From Eimeria praecox (Eukaryota): 64,000 nucleotides of DNA. The translations under genes and the position numbers were made by a program. A model generated the notes under the pieces. That model saw only the letters and a program-made list of their open reading frames with translations, searched no databases and had not been told where the DNA came from. This document shows positions 37,817 through 53,500 of the stretch, piece by piece. The stretch lies in the NCBI GenBank assembly GCA_963920595.1, contig OY986949.1, positions 248,001 to 312,000 on the forward strand, read 5' to 3'. The first letter of the stretch is position 1, and the number at the start of each line of letters is the position of its first letter.

Positions 37817-40800
37817 TTAGCACATGCTCCTTCTCCTAGACTGGTATAACGAATTTCGGTTCTTTTAGCATTCTGTACGGTTCAGAAAACAGGGGCGCTC
37901 CCCCTCAAAGCCACCGCCTCGCAACTGCAAACTTTCCAACGCGCACCAACGACCGGCAAAGCTTCGCGTAGGTTCCAGTGGGCTAATCAAGCCTGCAAAA
38001 CCGGTGCATTTATCACTAACAGTTTTCCATTATATCTGCGCATCTATCCTTCGGTTTGACGTCTGCCACACAGCTCATATACTTAGGCTTCACCCACGTC
38101 ATTGACTCATCTCATAATGCTCTCAGCTGGCATCTAATAAGAGCATGTATCTTTTCAACAGCCGATGCCAAAACCACTTTGCCCACTTTTCTTTACCACA
38201 CAGCTACGGCTCCTTACCCGCTCTGCTTATAATCTAGATCGCCGCTCGCCTCACCCGCTTTTGAATGGCAGCTTGGCGGGCACACGCACTCCAGCCTCAG
38301 CAGCAATTGCATGCTTTTCATCCTTACCTACATGACCCGCCATATGTACGGAGATTATGCGTACGGAACAAGCAGCCCACTGGGCATCGGCATCCCAGAC
38401 CCAGCAGCCATCATAACTGGACCTTGTGAGGGTTCTTCAGGCCCTCAAGAAATGTTACAATCAGCGGTAGATAGCATGCAGCGCTAAGCCATTCCTCCAT
38501 TAGAAACTCGGTAACTGCTAGCACAAACGTGCCAGTACCACTTGATCTAGACGCCTGCAATTAATAGCAAGCAAGAACTAGCCAAGCGACGCACGAAGAA
38601 ATCCGCATTTCCATTCTCCGGAATCGTGTTGTCTGTCGCTGTTCATTGCTGCACCGTTCACAAAATAAACCCATTCTAGGGCCTTAAGGCACCTTCAATC
38701 TCGACTGCTGTTGCCACAAACCATGCGTTACCACTGCAAATACGAAAACGCCATATTCAAACCAAACGACGGCCTCTTATGGGATAGCGAAGACTACACT
38801 TAGCCACCTCGCGCTGTTCCTGCTCCCAGATCAGACAACCCCGCTGGCTGCGCCAGTGAAGACCCATCCCGCACATATTTACAAACGCAGGCGGATCCCT
38901 GCCCTAGGGCAAGCCATCTACTGTCAAGGGACAGTACACATACAAATATCCTTTTTAATTGGTAGCACGTTTTGCCTTATGCTCAGCAACGCGATTTTTG
39001 CATGATGGCAGTGCAGGGTATTCCAGTGTATATCTCCGAATCTCGGGCGTGCTCTGGAGATGGCGAAAAGGCTCCGCAATAGTATCGGGTGGGCTTGCAA
39101 AGCTAGACAGACAGGAATCCCAGAGTTCATGAATGCATCCTTTAACCTCGCAAACTCAACAAATTCCTCTGCTTGTTTTGGGTAACCGTTGAAGTCAGCA
39201 TGGTTGCTCTTAGAAGAGTCCGCTGCAAAAGCAGAAGTAGGAAGCCGTTGGCAGAATGAGCTTCTTGGACGACCACAACTCAGAATGTGGCATCTTCAAA
39301 GCAGAGCCCTTCGTTGACCTTTACGAGCCCTGACAGGAAAAAAGAGAACACTTTGTTTCCTTAGCTTTTGTCACTCTACCTTGCTGTATCGCCGCAGATC
39401 TCGCCAATTTCAAACCTGTCAACGATGTCACCATGTTTTGCGTAGCCAACTGACAGCGTCCCTTAAGGACGGCCTTCTTCCATTCGAGTGCAATAAGCGT
39501 ATGCGGCATTTTACACTTTGCTTTGCTCCCTGATTTGGCTGAGCATTTCCTTCTGCTTCAATCCCTGTACCCATACTCTCATTGCCCTGCCCAGTGCTGT
39601 TTTCCTGCGGATTCGCATGGAGGGCCATGCAGGCGCCCAATTCAGAACATCCCCAGCATAAAACACAACAAGAGTTGTGTCTGCGAAGCCACGCACTGTT
39701 GCCACGGTTGTCCTCGTACGCATATATACTCGAAATATCCGTTCTGGAGTCAAGCACCATAACCCAAGGGCGGCGTATGCGGCCACATATATCAACCCAC
39801 AAATTGACTATGTGAACGGGCATTGCCATGTGATCCAGGCTCACAAATGTAGGAGATCTAGAACCCCGGCATGCCATATTAATCACTCAAATAGAAAGCT
39901 TATCGTCGGTCGGCATGCACGCACAAACTATGCTGTGCTGATGCGATACCGCCACCCAACTGGCCCTGTGGGAGTAAAGGGTAGCAGACATTAGAACGCA
40001 TCCGTTTCCTGTATGCAACAGCTGCACGAATCACAGTCACGTCGCACCTGGATCCGCTGCAGTTACACCATCAAGCGTACCCCAGCGTAGGACAGTTGGT
40101 CGCCACCTCTCATCACTATTAGCATCCTCATGCATATTCCACAACCTAGCCATTCGCTAGCTGAATGCTACTTTAACTCTGTATTCGAGCGGAGCATCTG
40201 TTCTAATTTTAAACGGACATGAAGTACCCACCAATAGCTTGCATACCCTCGTGGCCACCGCAATCGAGTTCTCAACTCTGGGGGATAGCATTGCCGATGA
40301 ACTCACCGCATTTGCAAGCCAAGAAGGCGATTGCTGCAAGTGAGAAACACGCTACCAATGATGTTCGGAAGCCTGCAGGCTCGGGTGTACTTGCTGCCGC
40401 ATACCACAGCATTCCTATATCCCATCTATACTCCTTCAATTATCGTCGTGCCTAACAGTAAAGCGATTGCTGAAGCATGCAATGCTGACGGAAACCCTGC
40501 TTTACCAGCTGCACAATCCTGGACACCGAGGGTACTCTAGACATTACCCCGCACCAAGCATTCCCTGCTTAAAACGGTGCCTCCCCCCCTTCTGTTTAGA
40601 AGTAACTCTTCCCTCTGCTCATCCTGATTAGCCTGTTGCCTTCAACACGCGTACATACAAACGACAAACTACGGCACACTTCTGCACCCGAGCTGCGGTG
40701 GCCTCTGCAGGTGTATCGGTTCATGGAAATTAGGTTTCATTCATCCAAATCAAGGCATCCAATCGCATTAACTTGGGCAGGGGCTATGAAACGCGTCTCG

Positions 40801-41100
40801 CAATAGTTAGCATTGTAATTGTTTTCTAGGATTACAGCGCATCAGCAACCTAAACGGCACCTACCAAAACCTTAGTGTAGTGCATCGTCCGCTGATGGCC
40901 CAGAGGCTACCCACACGCTCAGCCGCTGCTTCTTTCAACGCAAACATTAAACTTTGAGTTTGTGATGGCCGCATTCAACACAGAGCATCGACTGCGTGCC
41001 AAGTGGCTGATAATCCGTGGTTTCTTTTGCTCGTCAGAAGACCATGAGCGCACTTCCTATAGCACATGGTGCGTCTTATCAATGCAATAGAGATCCAATA
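37817..41100. repeat. Block X, copy 2
   Basis: See copy 1; near-identical over long tracts with diverged patches. Confidence 0.95.
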
Positions 41101-44100
41101 CACGATGCACGCTGGGTGGTTACTCGTCACTGCCTTCAAGGCAACAATATTTCCCGTTGCATGTTTCTATGCCCTCGTTGTTTCGATGCTCTCGTCTAAC
41201 CGTTTGCCAACCCAAACTCCCAACTGTTTGCTCATCACTATTACCGCCATACAGTCGCTGGCCACCTTATACTGGCCGGTCACGTGCACCGCAAGGCCTA
41301 GGAAATGCGCCCAGGGCGTCTGGAATCCTCGCACTAGACCTTAGTGCTTTCAGAACGCCCATTATGCTGCGCACGCCACTTGGAATTATATGCTCTGAGC
41401 CAAACATCCGCAACCTCCTGCACTCCCAGTAGCGTAAGCTTCTTGTGAGCAGGCAACTGCGTCGAGAAGAGCTTGATCGGCCTGGTAGGCAGTGCTGGCA
41501 TAACCGCGTAGATGCTCGAATGGGCTATTGTTCTCGAGCACAGCACTCATGGGCGCCTCATTGCTGATGAGCGCCTCCCTCAACTCTTGTTAGACTATAT
41601 ACATGTAAACGCACATGCGCACAAAACCATGCAGGCACACAGACACACACACAAATGCATACACACAATCAGACATCGAGCTTCCAATGCTTTATGCCTC
41701 CCTATGAGACCTGCCGTGAGGGGCGATTCTGAGCTTTCACCCCACGCAAATTTGATCTAAGCACTCCAGGCAAGAGCATACCCTCAATCCTACTGGCGCA
41801 GACATCACAACACACTGCACACAACCAGTCTGCTTGCTACTGGCCTGTCTGTGGCCTGTCTGCACTGTCTGCAGAAGGCAGATGCAAAAGCTCAAGAATG
41901 TTCTCCGCAACTCAGGCTCCACCCTGGATGGAGATCCAGGCGCTCGCTCCTTCGAAACAAGCACTAGGCTTGCGACAGAAATCTTCTCGTACACTGTCTA
42001 CTCTCTCGTGTCTTAAACAACACCTAGGCATTCTCTTGAATAGCCATCCATCCTACACTTACGAAGGCATAATAGGTCGCTATGGACAAATATGACGCCT
42101 TACACCAAATAATATACTGACATGCACGTCTCCTTGCCCTTGCTAGCACCCGATGGATATACCACTCTGTCTAACACACCTTCAAGCCGCACGCCCAACG
42201 TCGACCTAGCCATCTGTTCGTTCGGACCAGCGCCACACGAAAAGGAAAGGCAGCAAGGACTACCCACCTATCTCCTGCACATAGAAAACTTCCGTGCTAC
42301 TGAACGCAGACGGGCGGCGTTTCCCCGCACTACATAAACAGCAAACAAGGCATCTTGCCGGTTTGTTGATCCAGTCTATCCTATCACATTCTGCAACTTT
42401 AAAATGCTGCCCACGGCATTGCCCAAAAACAAAAATTTGTTGCGCCGCTTGCTTCGAGGCAATCGCCTAAGGTATGATCAGCGTCTGCACTCAGTTTGGT
42501 TGCCGTCAAGCCTCCTATGCTCAATTGCTAGCAGACGCCTTTCGCGGTCCATGCATCAGCTGCAGGGGCAGCATGCCTCCTATGCAAAAGCCATCAGAAG
42601 TTCTGTAAGCATATGCTGACCAGCTGCCAGCCCTTGCTTCTCCCTGCATCCAAAACGCCCAACTGTGTCTTCCTGCCACACGAATCAAACGCCTACAAAA
42701 GCACAATCGCCTTCCCCTGTTCATATCCATCTGATGCACCTGCTGCCCAGTCATGCTCCGAACCAAACAAACCCAAATCCCCTCTAAGCAACGAAAGACC
42801 GCTACAAGCCCCCACTCTTACGCTACACAGATTCCGCGTTCTTCAGGTGGAAACCGAAAAGCTCAAACGCCTGTACGCTGGCCTAGATGTCATTTGGTTC
42901 CCCCAAACGCAAGACGTGCAGGCGTAAGGTTTACACGCACGCCGTCCCGACATCCCAAAACAACGTACGCATCTCCCATGCAACTCGTTGCGTAGCAGGG
43001 TATGCTATGTGCTACATATGAGACGCTAAGGTGCCTAACGCCGCGACTGCATCAACACAAGTTTTGTCTCGTGCTGTGCGATCCACGGCAAATCGTTGCA
43101 CAATGCCAACAGCACGCACACGTGGACCCACACACATCTGCGTAGACCTTCTGGAGCCATCCACAGCGCCTACGCAACAGCGACGGAAACGGAATCTCCA
43201 AACGCTTCTTCTGCAACGCACAGTCCCGCAAAATGCAAACGTGGGCACTACATACAGCAAAGATACAAGTCTCAGACACTCTGGTCTCGAAGAATCCAAC
43301 GCCTTGCAACACAAACTAATCACGTCCCCACCCTGTCAACATACACTGACGGCAGTTCGTCTTCGGAGTAGCCACTAGACACATCTATGCATTCAATATA
43401 TTCCTTGCCATGTTTGCGGAGTCCAGCATTCGTCTACTATACTGCCAATTGTCCACACATAATGTTCATACGCACTCGCTTTAGAGCATCCAGGCATACT
43501 GAAGCGGTGCTAGAGCAATTCAGTCCACGACAAAATCTGTTGCCCATACAAAGGCGCCCTTTATTCGGGTGTAAGGCACCATTAGCGCAGCGCGCAGCTT
43601 GTATCACATGGCACGGGATCCGTGCCCCATCGATGCGAAGAGTTCATAACTGCCTGGGTAAAAACCCCATACCACCAACCCGTGAGTACGGTGCCTTGCA
43701 CAGGTCACAGCTGCTGCACACAAGGTAGGTTATCGTACGCTCTGCTCCAGAACCACGTGGCACTAGTGTTGCATGGACATCATGCCTGTCTCAGTTTAGC
43801 TTTGGACTCCTCAAAAGAATGCACCTGCTCTCCCGGACAAGTCGCACTTGTTGATCTGCAACCCAAACGGATCCCCGAAATCCGCCATGCACCAAAGGTG
43901 CATGCTGTGCCATTTATCGATTCTTTAGCGTTGCCATCTGTTGTTGAAGCCTTGACACTAAAGTAAATACCGACGCTTCAGCCTAAGCGTCTTGTGGGCA
44001 CCCAGCGAACGAGCTTGAAGCAAAGACCTTTCTGTGAAAACGTGTGGCGGGAAGAGCATGGCCGTTAACACCACATAGGCACTTTGCGTCACAGACCATC

Positions 44101-47100
44101 TACTTGCGTCACAGAAATATTGGCACTGCGGCACAAATGAGCCACAATACGCACGTAGAAACCAGAAACGCTGCAAATGAGCAGCTGTGTGCGCCCCTTG
44201 CTCATGTAGCTCTCCCAGATTCCTCTGCAGTAAATCCACCTGTTGTTAGCAGCTTCAACGCCTTGCAGACAGTGGCATCACGGGTCCAGCAAACACCTGA
44301 TGCAGCACTACGCATTTGATTGCGGGTGTGACAAGAAGAATTCAGCCGAGCGTACGCCCTCCCTGGTTGGGCTGGGCACGATGCCGTGCCAAAGCACATC
44401 GCATGGGCGATGGAGTGCTAATACCCTCCGCCCTCATTCTCTGGAAGCATATAGATGCAATCTGCGTTTGTGCGTACTCCCTAAACCACAAATGGTATGT
44501 CGCATCAGCGAGATAGAAAACCGGTGCATGATGCACGCTGGGTGGTTACTTGTTACGTTCTTCAACGCAACAACATTTCACGTTGCTTGCTTCGATGCTC
44601 TCGTCTAACCGTTTGCCAACCTAAACTCCCAAGCGTTTCCTATTCAGTATTATCACCAGACAGCGGCTGGCCAGCATGCACTGGCCGGTTGCCTGCACGG
44701 AGAGGTGTAGGAAATGTGACTAGGGCTTCTGGAGTCCTCACACCAGAGCTTAGTCCTTTGACAACACTAGTTATCCTGCGCACGCCACAAGGCATCGTAC
44801 ACTCTAAGCCAAACATCCACAACCTCTTGCACTCCCAGTAGCATAACCTTCTTGTGAGCAGGCAACTGCGTCCTGAAAAGCCTGAACGGCCTGGTCGCGG
44901 GTGTGGCATAACCGCATAGGTGCTCGCCTGGGCTGTTGTTCTCGAGCACAGCACTCATGGCCGCTTCATTGTTGATGAGCGCCTCCCTCAACTCGTGTTA
45001 GGCTATATACAGGTAAATGCACATGCGCACAAAAGCATGCAAGTACACACGCACACACACACACACAAATGCATACACACAATCAGACATCGAGCTTCCA
45101 ATGCTTTATGCCTCCCTATGAGACCTGCCGTGAGGGGCGATTCTGAGCTTTCACCCCACGCAAATTTGATCTAAGCACTCCAGACAAGACCATAGCCTCA
45201 ATCCTACTGGCGCAGACATCACAACACACTGCACACAACCAGTCTGCTTGCTATTGGCCTGTCTGCACTGTCTGCAGAAGGCAGATGCAAAAGCTCAAGA
45301 ATGTTCTCCGCAACTCAGGCTCCACCCTGGATGGAGATCCAGGCGCTCGCTCCTTCGAAACAAGCACTAGGCTTGCGACAGAAATCTTCTCGTACACTGT
45401 CTACTCTCTCGTGTCTTAAACAACACCTAGGCATTCTCTTGAATAGCCATCCATCCTACACTTACGAAGGCATAATAGGTCGCTATGGACAAATATGACG
45501 CCTTACACCAAATAATATACTGACATGCACGTCTCCTTGCCCTTGCTAGCACCCAATGGATAGCTCGCTCTGTCTAACACACCTTCAAGCCGCACGCCCA
45601 ACGCCGACCTAGCCATCTGTTCGTTCGGACCACCGCTACACGAAAAGGAAAGGCAGCACGGACTACCCACCTATCTCCTGCACATAGAAAACTTCCGTGC
45701 TACTGAACGCAGACGGGCGGCGTTTCCCCGCACTACATAAACAGCAAACAAGGAATCTTGCCGGTTTGTTGATCCAGTCTATCCTATCACATTCTGCAAC
45801 TTTAAAATGCTGCCCACGGCATTGCCCAAAAACAAAAATTTGTTGCGCCGCTTGCTTCGAGGTAATCGCCTAAGGTATGATCAACGTCTGCACTCAGTTT
45901 GGTTGCCGTCAAGCCTCCTATGCTCAATTGCTAGCAGACGCCTTTCGCGGTTCATGCATCAGCTGCATGGGCAGCATGCCTCCTATTCAAGAGCCATCAG
46001 AAGTTCTGTAAGCATATGCTGACCAGCTGCCAGCCCTTGCTTCTCCTTGCATCCAAAACGCCCAACTGTGTCTTCCTGCCACACGAATCAAACGCCTACA
46101 AAAGCACAATCGCCGTCCCTGTTCATATCCATCTGATGCACCTGCTGCCCAGTCATGCTCCGAAGCAAACAAACCCAAATCCCCTCTAAGCAACGAAAGA
46201 CCGCTACAAGCCCCCACTCTTACGCTACACAGATTCCGCGTTCTTCATGTGGAAACCGAAAAGCTCAAACGCCTGTACGCTGGCCTAGATGTCATTTGGT
46301 TCCCCCAAACGCAAGACGTGCAGGCGTAAGGTTTACACGCACGCCGTCCCGACATCCCAAAACAACGTACGCATCTCCCATGCAACTCGTTGCGTAGCAG
46401 GGTATGCTATGTGCTACATATGAGACGCTAAGGTGCCTAACGCCGCGACTGCATCAACACAAGTTTTGTCTCGTGCTGTGCGATCCACGGCAAATCGTTG
46501 CACAATGCCAACAGCACGCACACGTGGACCCACACACATCTGCGTAGACCTTCTGGAGCCATCCACAGCGCCTACGCAACAGCGACGGAAACGGAATCTC
46601 CAAACGCTTCTTCTGCAACGCACAGTCCCGCAAAATGCAAACGTGGGCACTACATACAGCAAAGATACAAGTCTCAGACACTCTGGTCTCGAAGAATCCA
46701 ACGCCTTGCAACACAAACTAATCACGTCCCCACCCTGTCAACATACACTGACGGCAGTTCGTCTTCGGAGTAGCCACTAGACACATCTATGCATTCAATA
46801 TATTCCTTGCCATGTTTGCGGAGTCCAGCATTCGTCTACTATACTGCCAATTGTCCACACATAATGTTCATACGCACTCGCTTTAGAGCATCCAGGCATA
46901 CTGAAGCGGTGCTAGAGCAATTCAGTCCACGACAAAATCTGTTGCCCATACAAAGGCGCCCTTTATTCGGGTGTAAAGCACCATTAGCGCAGCGCGCAGC
47001 TTGTATCACATGGCACGGGATCTGTGCCCCATCGATGCGAAGAGTTCATAACTGCCTGGGTAAAAACCCCATACCACCAACCCGTGAGTACGGTGCCTTG

Positions 47101-50100
47101 TACAGGTCACAGCTGCTGCACACAAGGTAGGTTATCGTACGCTCTGCTCCAGAACCACGTGGCACTAGTGTTGCATGGACATCATGCCTGTCCCAGTTTA
47201 GCTTTGGACTCCTCAAAAGAATGCACCTGCTCTCCCGGACAAGTCGCACTTGTCGATCTGCAACCCAAACGGATCCCCGAAATCCGCCATGCAGCAAAGG
47301 TGTATGCTGTGCCATTTATCGATTCTTTAGCGTTGCCATCTGTTGTTGAAGCCTTGACACTAAAGTAAATACCGACGCTTCAGCCTAAGCGTCTCATGGG
47401 CACCCAGCGAACGAGCTTGAACTAAAGACCTTTCTGTGAAAACGTGTGGCGGGAAGAGCATGGCCGTTAACACCACATAGGCACTTTGCGTCACAGACCA
47501 TCTACTTGCGTCACAGAAATATTGGCACTGCGGCACAAATGAGCCACAATACGCACGTAGAAACCAGAAACGCTGCAAATGAGCAGCTGTGTGCGCCCCT
47601 TGCTCATGTAGCTCTCCCAGATTCCTCTGGAGTAAATCCACCTGTTGTTAGCAGCTTCAACGCCTTGCAGACAGTGGCATCACGCGTCCAGCAAACACCT
47701 GATGCAGCACTACGCATTTGATTGCGGGTGTGACAAGAAGAATTCAGCCGAGCGTACGCCCTCCCTGGTTGGGCTGGGCACGATGCCATGCCGAAGAACA
47801 TCGCATGGGCAGCGGGTTACTGATACCCTTTGCCGTCATTTGCTGGAAGCACACGGGTGCCATTTGTGCTCACTCGCTAAACCGGAAAGGATACACCGCA
47901 CCACTAAAGCAAAAAACCAATGCATGATGCACGCTCGGTGGTTACTCGTTACGTTCTTCAACGCAACAATATTTCACGTTGCTTGTTTCGATGCTCTCGT
48001 ATAACCTTCTGACAACCTAAACTCGCAACCGTTTGCTCTTCAGTACTACCACCAAATAGCGGCCGGAGACGCGGACGCAGAGGCGTAAAAAATGTGACTA
48101 GGGCGTCTGGAGTCCTCACACCAGAGCTTAGTCCTTTGACAACACTAGTTATTCTGCGCGCGCCGCAAGGCATCGTACACTCTAAGCCAAACATCCACAA
48201 CCTCTTGCACTCCCAGTAGCATAACCTTCTTGTGAGCAGGCAACTGCGTCCTGAAAAGCCTGAACGGCCTGGTCGCGGGTGTGGCATAACCGCATAGGTG
48301 CTCGACTGGGCTGTTGTTCTCGAGCATAGCACTCATGGCCGCTTCATTGTTGATGAGCGCCTCCCTCAACTCGTGTTAGGCTATATACAGGTAAATGCAC
48401 ATGCGCACACAAGCATGCAGGAACACACACACACACACACACAAACGTAAAAACAATCCGACATCGAGCTTTCAATGCTTTATGCCTCCCTATGAGACCT
48501 GCCGTGAGGGGCGATTCTGAGCTTTCACCCCACGCAAATTTGATCTAAGCACTCCAGGCAAGAGCCCTAACGCCGCGACTGCATCAACACAAGTTTTGTC
48601 TCGTGCTGTGCGATCCACGGCAAATCGTTGCACAATGCCAACAGCACGCACACGTGGACCCACACACATCTGCGTAGACCTTCTGGTGCCATCCACAGCG
48701 CCTACGCAACAGCGACGGAAACGGAATCTCCAAACGCTTCTTCTGCAACGCAGCAGCGACGCGCAAAATGCAAACGTGGGCACTACATGCAGCAAAGATA
48801 CAAGTCTCAGACACTCTGGTCTCGAAGAATCCAACGCCTTGCAACACAAACTAATCACGTCCCCACCCTGTCAACATACACTGAGGGCAGCTCGTCTTCG
48901 GAGTAGCCACTAGACACATCTATGCATTAAACACATGCCTTGCCATGTTTGCGGAGTCCAGCATTTGTCTACTATACTGCCAATTGTCCACACATAATGT
49001 TCATACGCACTCGCTTTAGAGCATCCAGGCATACTGAAGCGGTGCTAGAGCAATTCAGTCCACGACAAAATCTGTTGCCCATACAAAGGCGCCCTTTATT
49101 CGGGTGTAAAGCACCATTAGCGCAGCGCGCAGCTTGTATCACATGGCACGGGATCCGTGCCCCATCGATGCGAAGAGTTCATAACTGCCTAGGTAAAAGC
49201 ACCATACCACCACTCCGCTGAGTACGGTGCCTTGCACAGGTCACAGCTGCTGCACACAAGGTAGGTTATCGTACGCTCTGCTCCAGAACCACGTGGCACT
49301 AGTGTTGCATGGACATCATGCCTGTCCCAGTTTAGCTTTGGACTCCTCAAAAGAATGCACCTGCTCTCCCGGACAAGTCGCACTTGTTGATCTGCAACCC
49401 AAACGGATCCCCGAAATCCGCCATGCAGCAAAGGTGTATGCTGTGCCATTTATCGATTCTTTAGCGTTGCCATCTGTTGTTGAAGCCTTGACACTAAAGT
49501 AAATACCGACGCTTCAGCCTAAGCGTCTCATGGGCACCCAGCGAACGAGCTTGAACTAAAGACCTTTCTGTGAAAACGTGTGGCGGGAAGAGCATGGCCG
49601 TTAACACCACATAGGCACTTTGCGTCACAGACCATCTACTTGCGTCACAGAAATATTGGCACTGCGGCACAAATGAGCCACAATACGCACGTAGAAACCA
49701 GAAACGCTGCAAATGAGCAGCTGTGTGCGCCCCTTGCTCATGTAGCTCTCCCAGATTCCTCTGGAGTAAATCCACCTGTTGTTAGCAGCTTCAACGCCTT
49801 GCAGACAGTGGCATCACGCGTCCAGCAAACACCTGATGCAGCACTACGCATTTGATTGCGGGTGTGACAAGAAGAATTCAGCCGAGCGTACGCCCTCCCT
49901 GGTTGGGCTGGGCACGATGCCATGCCGAAGAACATCGCATGGGCAGCGGGTTACTGATACCCTTTGCCGTCATTTGCTGGAAGCACACGGGTGCCATTTG
50001 TGCTCACTCGCTAAACCGGAAAGGATACACCGCACCACTAAAGCAAAAAACCAATGCATGATGCACGCTCGGTGGTTACTCGTTACGTTCTTCAACGCAA

Positions 50101-50554
50101 CAATATTTCACGTTGCTTGTTTCGATGCTCTCGTATAACCTTCTGACAACCTAAACTCGCAACCGTTTGCTCTTCAGTACTACCACCAAATAGCGGCCGG
50201 AGAAGCGGACGCAGAGGCGTAAAAAATGTGACTAGGGCGTCTGGAGTCCTCACACCAGAGCTTAGTCCTTTGACAACACTAGTTATTCTGCGCGCGCCGC
50301 AAGGCATCGTACACTCTAAGCCAAACATCCACAACCTCTTGCACTCCCAGTAGCATAACCTTCTTGTGAGCAGGCAACTGCGTCCTGAAAAGCCTGAACG
50401 GCCTGGTCGCGAGTGTGGCATAACCGCATAGGTGCTCGACTGGGCTGTTGTTCTCGAGCACAGCACTCAGGTCCCTTCACTGTTGATGATCGCCTCCCTC
50501 AACTCTTGTTAGGCTATATATAGGTAAATGCACATGCGCACAAAAGCATGCAGG

Positions 50555-50598
<44 letters not shown>

Positions 50599-53500
50599 TG
50601 CATACACACAATCAGACATCGAGCTTCCAATGCTTTATGCCTCCCTATGAGACCTGCCGTGAGGGGCGATTCTGAGCTTTCACCCCACGCAAATTTGATC
50701 TAAGCACTCCAGACAAGACCATAGCCTCAATCCTACTGGCGCAGACATCACAACACACTGCACACAACCAGTCTGCTTGCTATTGGCCTGTCTGCACTGT
50801 CTGCAGAAGGCAGATGCAAAAGCTCAAGAATGTTCTCCGCAACTCAGGCTCCACCCTGGATGGAGATCCAGGCGCTCGCTCCTTCGAAACAAGCACTAGG
50901 CTTGCGACAGAAATCTTCTCGTACACTGTCTACTCTCTCGTGTCTTAAACAACACCTAGGCATTCTCTTGAATAGCCATCCATCCTACACTTACGAAGGC
51001 ATAATAGGTCGCTATGGACAAATATGACGCCTTACACCAAATAATATACTGACATGCACGTCTCCTTGCCCTTGCTAGCACCCAATGGATAGTCGACCTA
51101 GCCATCTGTTCGTTCGGACCACCGCTACACGAAAAGGAAAGGCAGCAAGGACTACCCACCTATCTCCTGCACATAGAAAGCTTCCGTGCTACTGAACGCA
51201 GACGGGCGGCGTTTCCCCGCACTACATAAACAGCAAACAAGGCATCTTGCCGGTTTGTTGATCCAGTCTATCCTATCACATTCTGCAACTTTAAAATGCT
51301 GCCCACGGCATTGCCCAAAAACAAAAATTTGTTGCGCCGCTTGCTTCGAGGTAATCGCCTAAGGTATGATCAACGTCTGCACTCAGTTTGGTTGCCGTCA
51401 AGCCTCCTATGCTCAATTGCTAGCAGACGCCTTTCGCGGTCCATGCATCAGCTGCATGGGCAGCATGCCTCCTATGCAAAAGCCATCAGAAGTTCTGTAA
51501 GCATATGCTGACCAGCTGCCAGCCCTTGCTTCTCCCTGCATCCAAAACGCCCAACTGTGTCTTCCTGCCACACGAATCAAACGCCTACAAAAGCACAATC
51601 GCCGTCCCTGTTCATATCCATCTGGTGCACCTGCTGCCCAGTCATGCTCCGAACCAAACAAACCCAAATCCTCTCTAAGCAACGAAAGACCGCTACAAGC
51701 CCCCACTCTTACGCTACACAGATTCCGCGTTCTTCATGTGGAAACCGAAAAGCTCAAACGCCTGTACGCTGGCCTAGATGTCATTTGGTTCCCCCAAACG
51801 CAAGACGTGCAGGCGTAAGGTTTACACGCACGCCGTCCCGACATCCCAAAACAACGTACGCATCTCCCATGCAACTCGTTGCGTAGCAGGGTATGCTATG
51901 TGCTACACATGAGACGCTAAGGCGCCTAACGCCGCGACTGCATCAACACAAGTTTTGTCTCGTGCTGTGCGATCCGCGGCAAATCGTTGCACAATGCCAA
52001 CAGCACGCACACGTGGACCCACACACATCTGCGTAGACCTTCTGGTGCCATCCACAGCGCCTACGCAACAGCGACGGAAACGGAATCTCCAAACGCTTCT
52101 TCTGCAACGCAGCAGCGACGCGCAAAATGCAAACGTGGGCACTACATGCAGCAAAGATACAAGTCTCAGACACTCTGGTCTCGAAGAATCCAACGCCTTG
52201 CAACACAGACTAATCATGTCCCCAACCTGGCAACATACACTGAGGGCAGCTCGTCTTCGACGTAGCCACTAGACACATCTATGCATTAAACACATGCCTT
52301 GCCATGTTTGCGGAGTCCAGCATTTGTCTACTAGACTGCCAATTGTCCACACATAACGTTCATACGCACTCGCTTTAGAGCATCCAGGCATACTGAAGCG
52401 GTGCTAGAGCAATTCAGTCCACGACAAAATCTGTTGCCCATACAACGGTGCGCTTTCTTCTGGTGTAAACCACCATTATCGCAGCGCGCAGCTTGCATCA
52501 CATGGCACAGGATCTGTGCCCCATCGATGCGAAGAGTTCATAACTGCCTGGGTAAAAATCCCATACCACCAGCCAGTGAGTACGGTGCCTTGCACAGGTC
52601 ACAGCTGCTGCACACAAGGTAGGTTATCGTACGCTCTGCTCCAGAACCACGTGGCACTAGTGTTGCATGGACATCATGCCTGTCTCAGTTTAGCTTTGGA
52701 CTCCTCAAAAGAATGCACCTGCTCTCCCGGACAAGTCGCACTTGTCGATCTGCAACCCAAACGGATCCCCGAAATCCGCCATGCAGCAAAGGTGTATGCT
52801 GTGCCATTTATCGATTCTTTAGCGTTGCCATCTGTTGTTGAAGCCTTGACACTAAAGTAAATACCGACGCTTCAGCCTAAGCGTCTTGTGGGCACCCAGC
52901 GAACGAGCTTGAACTAAAGGCCTTTCTGTGAAAACGTGCGTCGGGAAGAGCAGGGCCGTTAACACCACGTAGGCACTTTGCGTCACCGACCGTCTACTTG
53001 CGTCACAGAAACATTGGCACTGCGGCACAAATGAACCACAATACGCACGTAGAAACCAGAAACGCTGCAAATGAGCAGCTGTGTGCGCCCCTTGCTCATG
53101 TAGCTCTCCCAGATTCCTCTGGAGTAAATCCACCTGTTGTTAGCAGCTTCAACGCCTTGCAGACAGTGGCATCACGCGTCCAGCAAACACCTGATGCAGC
53201 ACTACGCATTTGATTGCGGGTGTAACAAGAAGAATTCAGCCGAGCGTACGCCCTCCCTGGTTGGGCTGGGCACGATGCCGTGCCAAAGCACATCGCTTGG
53301 GCAGCGGGTTACTGATACCCTTTGCTGTCATTTACTGGAAGCACGCGAGTGCCATTTGTGCTCACTCGCTAAACCGGAAAGGATACACCGCACCACTAAA
53401 GCAAAAAACCAATGCATGATGCACGCTCGGTGGTTACTCGTTACGTTCTTCAACGCAACAATATTTCACGTTGCTTGTTTCGATGCTCTCGTATAACCTT

